From NCBI GenBank assembly GCA_015056105.1, contig SVGX01000002.1, forward strand, positions 7,417 through 71,416: a DNA stretch of 64,000 nucleotides, given 5' to 3'. The notes under the pieces are model-generated. The model worked only from the letters and a program-made list of their open reading frames with translations, had not been told where the DNA came from and made no database searches. Made by a program: the position numbers and the translations under genes. This document shows positions 62,899 to 64,000 of this stretch, piece by piece. The DNA is from Clostridiales bacterium (GTDB taxonomy: Bacteria; Bacillota; Clostridia; Christensenellales; CAG-138). The stretch's first letter is position 1. Each line of letters begins with the position of its first letter.

Positions 62899-64000
62899 AT
62901 GATGAGAAACGCATATGACGTGCTGGAAGAACGCGGCTTTATCAAGCAGTCTTCCCATCCCGAAGAGCTCAGGGAGCTTTTGAGCAAGGAAAGCGTCACT
63001 TTTTATATCGGTTTTGATCCCACGGCGGACAGCCTTCACATCGGCCACTATGTAGCGCTGATGACCATGGCCCACATGCAGCGCTGCGGCCACAGGCCCA
63101 TCGTACTCCTTGGCGGCGGCACCGCTGCCATCGGCGATCCTTCCGGCAAAACGGATATGCGCCGCATGATGACCATGGAAGAGCTTGACCACAACGCCTC
63201 CTGCTTCCAGAAGCAGATGGCACGGCTCATCAACTTCGAAGGCGAAAACGCCGCCATCCTCGCCAACAACGCGGAATGGCTCCGCAGCCTCAACTTCCTT
63301 GCGTTCATGCGCGATATCGGCGTGCATTTCTCCGTGAACCAGATGCTCCGCGCGGAGTGCTACAAGCAGCGCATGGAGCGCGGCCTCACCTTCTTCGAAA
63401 TGGGCTACATGCTCATGCAGAGCTACGACTTCCTCATGCTCAACCGCAAGCACGGCTGCGTGCTGCAGATGGGCGGCGATGACCAGTGGTCCAACATCCT
63501 CGGCGGCGCGGATCTGATCCGCCGCAAGGAGCGCAAGGCGGCTTATGCCCTTACCACCGCCCTTCTCACTACCAGCGAAGGCAAGAAGATGGGCAAGACC
63601 GAAAAGGGCGCCCTGTGGCTTGACCCCGAAAAGACCAGCGTGTACGATTTCTATCAGTACTGGCGCAACGTGGACGATGCGGATGTGAAGAAGTGCCTGA
63701 GCCTTCTCACCTTCATCCCCATGGAAGAAGTCGAAGCCATGACCGCCGAGGGCGGCGCGGCCCTCAACGCCGCGAAGCGTACCCTTGCCTTCACCCTCAC
63801 TGCGCAGGTGCACGGCGAAGAGGAAGCCGCAAAGGCCCAGCAGGCGGCGGAAGCCCTCTTTGGCGGCGGCGGCAGCCTTGATAACATGCCCACCGTTACC
63901 CTGACCGCGGCGGATGTGGAAGCCACCGGCCTTCGGGTCGTAGACCTTCTTGTGATGGGCAAGCTCTGCAAAAGCAAGAGCGATGCCCGCCGCATGATCG
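62899..64000 (+). CDS. tyrS: tyrosine--tRNA ligase; 3' end cut by window edge
   Basis: Not in the ORF track because no stop lies in the window. From ATG 62899: [17 protein letters not shown]..., HIGH box (SLHIGHY), GGDDQWSNI and KMSKS-like KMGKT. Confidence 0.92.
   Translation, partial: MMRNAYDVLEERGFIKQSSHPEELRELLSKESVTFYIGFDPTADSLHIGHYVALMTMAHMQRCGHRPIVLLGGGTAAIGDPSGKTDMRRMMTMEELDHNASCFQKQMARLINFEGENAAILANNAEWLRSLNFLAFMRDIGVHFSVNQMLRAECYKQRMERGLTFFEMGYMLMQSYDFLMLNRKHGCVLQMGGDDQWSNILGGADLIRRKERKAAYALTTALLTTSEGKKMGKTEKGALWLDPEKTSVYDFYQYWRNVDDADVKKCLSLLTFIPMEEVEAMTAEGGAALNAAKRTLAFTLTAQVHGEEEAAKAQQAAEALFGGGGSLDNMPTVTLTAADVEATGLRVVDLLVMGKLCKSKSDARRMI

Overview
High-GC, Clostridia-like chromosomal segment. 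The taxon is inferred only from gene content: T-box leader, glgB-glgC-glgD-glgA operon, DUF951, SipS-type signal peptidases, LrgAB. About 60 credible genes. Main content: (i) three paralogous Opp/Dpp-type (SBP family 5) ABC importers at 1-5017 (+), 10253-15969 (+) and 30807-36358 (-), two of them linked to amidohydrolase genes; (ii) a LuxR-type membrane regulator divergent from a six-gene cluster of zinc-ribbon, AIM24, lipoprotein and DUF4428 proteins of unknown function (19927-26627); (iii) a roughly 14-kb putative amide/amino-acid catabolic island (28235-42464) with tandem C-N hydrolases, a creatininase-family enzyme, an RraA-like protein, MarR and LysR regulators, a DapA-family lyase, a class V aminotransferase and an aldo/keto reductase; (iv) housekeeping genes: TrpB2 behind a Trp T-box, two signal peptidases, MscS, an APC permease, LCP, the glycogen operon, trmO, tspO, ppa and tyrS. 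Most unusual items: a roughly 310-nt multi-helix element nested inside a terminator-like hairpin (26644-26950); single-base frameshifts in two ABC ATPase genes; catalytic-residue loss in one of two tandem C-N hydrolases and in one of two signal peptidases; two visibly AT-rich islets carrying decayed DUF559 and DUF3800 genes; near-perfect in-frame tandem repeats in the zinc-ribbon gene. No rRNA, tRNA, CRISPR array, transposase or recognisable defence system was seen. Many long ORFs in the track are antisense artefacts of the GC-rich coding strand.
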